Source: Nitrospirota bacterium
GTDB taxonomy: Bacteria > Nitrospirota > UBA9217
Reading direction: 5' to 3'
Assembly: GCA_963663225.1 (NCBI GenBank)
Contig: OY760142.1
Location: 32,001-96,000, forward strand
DNA length: 64,000 nucleotides
The notes under the pieces are model-generated. The model saw nothing but the letters and a program-made list of their open reading frames with translations, was not told where the DNA came from and ran no database searches. Each line of letters opens with the position of its first letter. Position 1 is the first letter of the stretch. Both the position numbers and the translations under genes were made by a program. Positions 59,913-64,000 of this stretch are shown piece by piece.

Positions 59913-60875
59913 TTACAGCAACGATGGTGCTTCATGTATCCGTGCGTACAAATCAAAAATAATTCCTTCGCGCAATCCCCAATCGCTCACCATCATCGAC
60001 TGAACTCCAAAATAATCCATAATTTCCTGCACGATCAGGGAACCAGCCGGAATAATGTCTTCGCGTCCTTGCTCCAAGCCTGGCATGGTTCGTCGTTCTT
60101 CGAGAGTGCTTGTGCAGAGCCTGTTTGTAATCATGCTCACCGTTTCTTTTGACATGATGTAACCGTTAATTTTGTCTGGATCATATTCGGCAAGCTTCTG
60201 GTCAATGGCCGCAAGCGTAGTGATTGTGCCTGCAGTTCCGACGAACAATCCGGAATGATCATCCAGCATTTCAGGACATTTTTGCTGTAGCAACGTCTGC
60301 ACCCACGTTCGAAGATGTTGAATTTCATCAAGCAGAGGCGGATCATGTTTGATAAACCGTTCGGTGAGATAAACGGCGCCAAGCGGAAGACTTTTTATCA
60401 ACAAACCATTGTTGGAACTGGTCATAATGATTTCCGTGCTCCCGCCGCCAATGTCGATTACGAGTGCCGGCGTATTGAGGCTGCCTCTCCAAAGGCTCGT
60501 GTTTTTCAATACCTGCATGACGCCTATAAGGGTGAAGCGGGCCTCCTCCTCGCCGGATATTACTCTGATGACAAGTCCCGTTCTTTTTTCAACTTCCTCG
60601 ATAAATTTTTGGGCATTGGATGCAATTCTGAACGCGCTTGTGCCGACCACTGCAATATGATCAGCCCCATACCGCTGAATGCTGGCGGAGAAGTCAGACA
60701 GCGCGCGCAGAGAACGTTCTTCAGCATCCGGGGAAAATCTGCCCGTTCGGTCGATATCCTGTCCTAAACGGGTAATTTTTCGGCCTGAGTACAATTCACG
60801 AAATGTTCCCCCGGCTGCTTCCAGCACGAGCAAGCGGATGGTATTGGTACCGATGTCGATTCCGGCAAGAATCAT
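59913..60875 (-). CDS. ppx: Ppx/GppA phosphatase (short form)
   Basis: IDIGTNTIRL, GTSAFR, ISGEEEA, DIGGGSTE, GLREG. Confidence 0.9.
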   Translation of the reverse strand: MILAGIDIGTNTIRLLVLEAAGGTFRELYSGRKITRLGQDIDRTGRFSPDAEERSLRALSDFSASIQRYGADHIAVVGTSAFRIASNAQKFIEEVEKRTGLVIRVISGEEEARFTLIGVMQVLKNTSLWRGSLNTPALVIDIGGGSTEIIMTSSNNGLLIKSLPLGAVYLTERFIKHDPPLLDEIQHLRTWVQTLLQQKCPEMLDDHSGLFVGTAGTITTLAAIDQKLAEYDPDKINGYIMSKETVSMITNRLCTSTLEERRTMPGLEQGREDIIPAGSLIVQEIMDYFGVQSMMVSDWGLREGIIFDLYARIHEAPSLL

Positions 60876-61324
60876 GAAAGGAGAAAATCTTTGAGTTTTT
60901 CGCTATAGACTCTAATGCGCATTGCAAGAAGCTTTGCGATGGTGAGAAGGACTTTAGCTGCGGTCTTTGGATCAAGATCAAGAAGTGCCTGAAAATCTTT
61001 GCGTGTCAAGGTAAGAAGATCGACTTGAGTTTCGGCCCGAGCGGTCACTTGTCTGTTCGTTTCCTGGATCAGGGCCAACTCACCGAAAAATTCTCCGGGT
61101 CCGAGCAGCAGCAATCCCATTTCTTCTCCCTCGCCTGCCATAAGGGAAATCCTGACTGTGCCTTTTTTTATAATATACAGTGCCTCAGCAGGCATATGCT
61201 CCGTAAAAATGGTAGTATTCTGCTTTATCTGCCGCTCCTGGAACATTTCAGCCAGCAGTTCGATTGATTCCTTGCTGCAACCTTTGAAAAGGGCTGAATT
61301 CTGCAAAAGCGCAAGGTTATCCAT
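60872..61324 (-). CDS. stand-alone cyclic-nucleotide-binding domain protein
   Basis: LYIIKKG, GEFFGELAL; no HTH; likely ATG 61324. Confidence 0.88.
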   Translation of the reverse strand: MDNLALLQNSALFKGCSKESIELLAEMFQERQIKQNTTIFTEHMPAEALYIIKKGTVRISLMAGEGEEMGLLLLGPGEFFGELALIQETNRQVTARAETQVDLLTLTRKDFQALLDLDPKTAAKVLLTIAKLLAMRIRVYSEKLKDFLLS

Positions 61325-61452
61325 ACAATCTCTGGCTACTCCGTTCAAAATAATACGATTAGACGACATGCTGCATGTACGAAACGAGGATTCAATATTC
61401 CCGGCTGTAATTCTCGCACAGTAAGCAAGACAAACCAAAAAAAATTTTTAGT

Positions 61453-61481
61453 ATTATAGGTTCTGTAATTTTATTTGTCAA
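61453..61481 (-). promoter_or_regulatory. consensus sigma70 promoter of cNMP-ppx unit
   Basis: TTGACA (61481-61476)-17bp-TATAAT (61458-61453). Confidence 0.75.
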
Positions 61482-61514
61482 GAAACAAAGAGTAAAGAAC
61501 AGGCAGGCAGCAGT

Positions 61515-62723
61515 TTATTGTTTCATGCAATTCCGAATTGCATCAATGATATGCTCTGCGACGCGTGATTTCGGCATGACGGGAAGTTTTGTTTCGTTGC
61601 CGGTCCGGTCGATTATCGTGACTGCGTTGGTGTCAACTCCGAAACCGGCTCCTGTTTGGAGCAGGTCGTTGGCAATGACCAGATCGAGGTTCTTTTTCTG
61701 CAGTTTGTTTACAGCGTTTTGCTCGATATTGTCGGTCTCAGCCGCGAACCCGACCAGCAGGCGAGTCCCTTTTATTTTTCCAAGTTGCAGCAGAATATCA
61801 TCTGTGCGTTCGAGCGGCACAGCGGTTGGAGCTTCATCCTTTTTGATTTTACGATTTGATGCTTCGACAGGCCGAAAATCAGAGACTGCCGCCGCCATAA
61901 TGACGACCTGAGCGCCGTCGATATTTTCCATGACAGCATCATGCATTTGTTTTGCGCTGACTACAGAAAGGAATTTCACTCCCCGGGGAGTTGCCAATGC
62001 GGTCGGTCCTGATATCAGGACGACTTCCGCTCCTCTGTCGCGGGCAGCTTCGGCAAGTGCGTACCCCATTTTCCCGGTGGAAGGATTGCTGATGAAACGA
62101 ACCGCATCAATGTATTCTCTGGTTGGTCCAGCCGTAATAAGAAAGCGCCTGCCGGCAAGATCGCGGGCCGCGAAGCGGGCCACCACTGCTTCCAGAATTT
62201 TATCGATATCCGCCAACCGTCCCTGCCCCACAGTCCCGCATGCAAGGTTTCCGACCCCTGGTTCGATAATATGAACTCCCAGATTTTTAAGAGCAAGGAT
62301 GTTCTTTTGCAGAATCGGATTGCGGTACATGCGCTCATTCATCGCCGGAGCAACAAGCAACGGGCAACCAAGCGCCATAATTGCAGAGGTAAGAGCGTCA
62401 TCCGCGATGCCGGAGGCAATTTTCCCGATAATATTGGCTGTTGCAGGAGCGATCAGTGCGAGGTCAAGGTTGTCGGTAAACTCAATGTGGCCGATAGGGA
62501 CTTTGTTATAATCGCCGAATTCATCACACATCACCGGTTGGCGGGAAAGAGCCTCAAAAGTAAGTCGCGGAACGAAACGCTCGGCGTTTTTTGTCATTAC
62601 GACATGGACTTCAGCGCCGCGTTCCGTAAGCTTGCGCAAAATCTCCACAGCCTTATATACGGCAATACCGCCGGTCACTCCGAGCAGAATGCGCTTTCCT
62701 GACAAAGAATTAGGCGATGACAT
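61515..62723 (-). CDS. coaBC: phosphopantothenoylcysteine decarboxylase/ligase
   Basis: GVTGGIA.YK, APATAN, PAMN, ACG..G.GR, TAGPTRE.ID.VRFISN.STGKMG, GFAAET. Confidence 0.97.
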   Translation of the reverse strand: MSSPNSLSGKRILLGVTGGIAVYKAVEILRKLTERGAEVHVVMTKNAERFVPRLTFEALSRQPVMCDEFGDYNKVPIGHIEFTDNLDLALIAPATANIIGKIASGIADDALTSAIMALGCPLLVAPAMNERMYRNPILQKNILALKNLGVHIIEPGVGNLACGTVGQGRLADIDKILEAVVARFAARDLAGRRFLITAGPTREYIDAVRFISNPSTGKMGYALAEAARDRGAEVVLISGPTALATPRGVKFLSVVSAKQMHDAVMENIDGAQVVIMAAAVSDFRPVEASNRKIKKDEAPTAVPLERTDDILLQLGKIKGTRLLVGFAAETDNIEQNAVNKLQKKNLDLVIANDLLQTGAGFGVDTNAVTIIDRTGNETKLPVMPKSRVAEHIIDAIRNCMKQ

Positions 62724-62728
62724 AACAG

Positions 62729-63163
62729 CTACTCCTCTGTGTCTTCGGAAGCTTCGCTTTCATCGCTGCTTTCTGTTTCAGCATCTTCGTGGTCTTCAAC
62801 AAGGGGCTCTTCCCCTCCTTCTTCATCATGAGTTTCTGAAAGATAGGCGCTGAGTTCCTTGCGTATTTCTTCTTCCTTTGCCGAAAGCTGTTCTTCCATG
62901 CGGGCGCGTTCTTCCTGCTGCCGGAACTCTTCTTTTGCTTTTTTTGCCTCTTCTCCGGTAAGAACCGTCAGTTTCCCTGCAACTGCTTCTTCAAGGGCAA
63001 TGGTCGTGTCCTTGATGGAGCGCGTGGCGACCTGCAACGGTACGCCTGCGGACAGCTGCCGCACCCGCTGGGACGCGATATGGACAAGACGGAATTTCGT
63101 ATCGGCAATCGCATCCTGCATCTCGATCGGCAAACTTATCAAATCATCAGCTGTTTTTTGCAT
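62729..63163 (-). CDS. rpoZ: RNA polymerase omega subunit with acidic C-terminal extension
   Basis: KFRLVHIASQRVRQL..K.TTIALEE; position between gmk and coaBC; GGAGGA RBS before ATG 63163. Confidence 0.88.
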   Translation of the reverse strand: MQKTADDLISLPIEMQDAIADTKFRLVHIASQRVRQLSAGVPLQVATRSIKDTTIALEEAVAGKLTVLTGEEAKKAKEEFRQQEERARMEEQLSAKEEEIRKELSAYLSETHDEEGGEEPLVEDHEDAETESSDESEASEDTEE

Positions 63164-63186
63164 AGCATCCTCCTGGGTTGTTCGCT

Positions 63187-63795
63187 TCAGAACATCCGTT
63201 CTATCGACTCTCTGTTCATCAATGATGTCCGGCAACGCTCGGCAGTAATAATGGAACGAAGCTCAGTAAGCGCCCGGTCAAAATCGTGGTTTACAATAAG
63301 ATAATCATACATGGTGTAATCTTTAATCTCCTCACGCGCTCTTCGCATCCGCTTTTTTATCTCTTCGTCCTGATCAGACTTGCGTTTGCGAAGCCGTTCT
63401 TCAAGGATATCAAAAGAAGGAGGCATGATGAAGACATAGACCGCGGCAGCGTACTTCTGTTTTATCTGCTTGGCGCCCTGCGTATCAATATCCAGTATGA
63501 CATCGATGCCTTTGGTGATCATATCATCAAGCGCGCGCCTCGATGTGCCGTACAGGTTTGAATGGACTTCCGCCCATTCTGCAAAATCACCGGATTGCAC
63601 CATCTCTTGAAAACGCTCCACGGTCACAAAGTGATAGTCTCTGCCGTCAATTTCTCCCACCCGCGGTTTTCGGGTGGCAAAGGAAACCGAATGGGTAAGA
63701 TTTTCCAGAGATTCTGCAACGGCCCTGCACAGGCTTGTTTTACCTGCGCCTGACGGCGCGGACACCACAAAAAGCAATCCTTGTCTCTTGTTCAA
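63187..63795 (-). CDS. gmk: guanylate kinase
   Basis: [32 protein letters not shown]. Confidence 0.97.
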   Translation of the reverse strand: MNKRQGLLFVVSAPSGAGKTSLCRAVAESLENLTHSVSFATRKPRVGEIDGRDYHFVTVERFQEMVQSGDFAEWAEVHSNLYGTSRRALDDMITKGIDVILDIDTQGAKQIKQKYAAAVYVFIMPPSFDILEERLRKRKSDQDEEIKKRMRRAREEIKDYTMYDYLIVNHDFDRALTELRSIITAERCRTSLMNRESIERMF

Positions 63796-64000
63796 GATTC
63801 ACCCCGGCCTGAAAATCGTTGCAACAGCGTCTCCACCTGCACCGCGGAAAGTATGACATGGTCACTGTCAGTGATAATGATGGCCCGTGTTTTCCGGCCT
63901 TGTGTCGCGTCAAGAAGCCTCTTCTGTTCTTTTGCTTCTTCCTTGAGACGGCGCATGGGAGCCGAATCCGGCGTAAGAACTGCAACAACCTTCGTTGCCA
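63792..64000 (-). CDS. remA: RemA/DUF370 family protein (5' truncated by window; not in ORF track)
   Basis: Manual translation ..[51 protein letters not shown]..; conserved position upstream of gmk. Confidence 0.88.
   Translation of the reverse strand, partial: ATKVVAVLTPDSAPMRRLKEEAKEQKRLLDATQGRKTRAIIITDSDHVILSAVQVETLLQRFSGRGES

Noticed and set aside
61463-61481. Pho box upstream of cNMP-ppx (CTGTAAT...TTGTCAA)
   Set aside because: 12-bp rather than 11-bp spacing, wrong strand, and explained by a sigma70 -35 element

Overview
Gene-dense bacterial chromosomal window. The Nitrospirota/deltaproteobacterial-like assignment is a tentative inference from the rpoZ N-terminus and gene content. Left 17.6 kb: an apparent phosphate-starvation island. 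Five Pho-box-type promoters with identical geometry precede a SEC59-like lipid kinase, psiE-GH1, PHP-GT21-OlsF-like lipid genes, a five-gene kinase/receiver cascade and pstSCAB-phoU. Next come an arn (L-Ara4N) operon with split arnA, then mtnA, gcvT-like, copA, Mut7-C, a Tgl/PilF-RodZ cluster, pfkB-mtnP, hfq-miaA-mutL, signalling genes, an FRG protein, rubredoxin-ferredoxin and a TetR-controlled TolC/HlyD/ABC exporter. The standout is an 874-aa exported protein (52895-55519) next to a DUF350 gene. It carries three tandem Hint (intein-like) domains with intact catalytic motifs, each flanked by Gly and Lys, inside a Gly-rich N-terminal segment, followed by a TM helix and two Tim44-like domains. 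The right end holds rtcB-archease-AmmeMemoRadiSam, ppx, coaBC, rpoZ, gmk and partial remA. I found no rRNA, tRNA, CRISPR array or transposase. All calls come from reading motifs by eye; no database searches were run.
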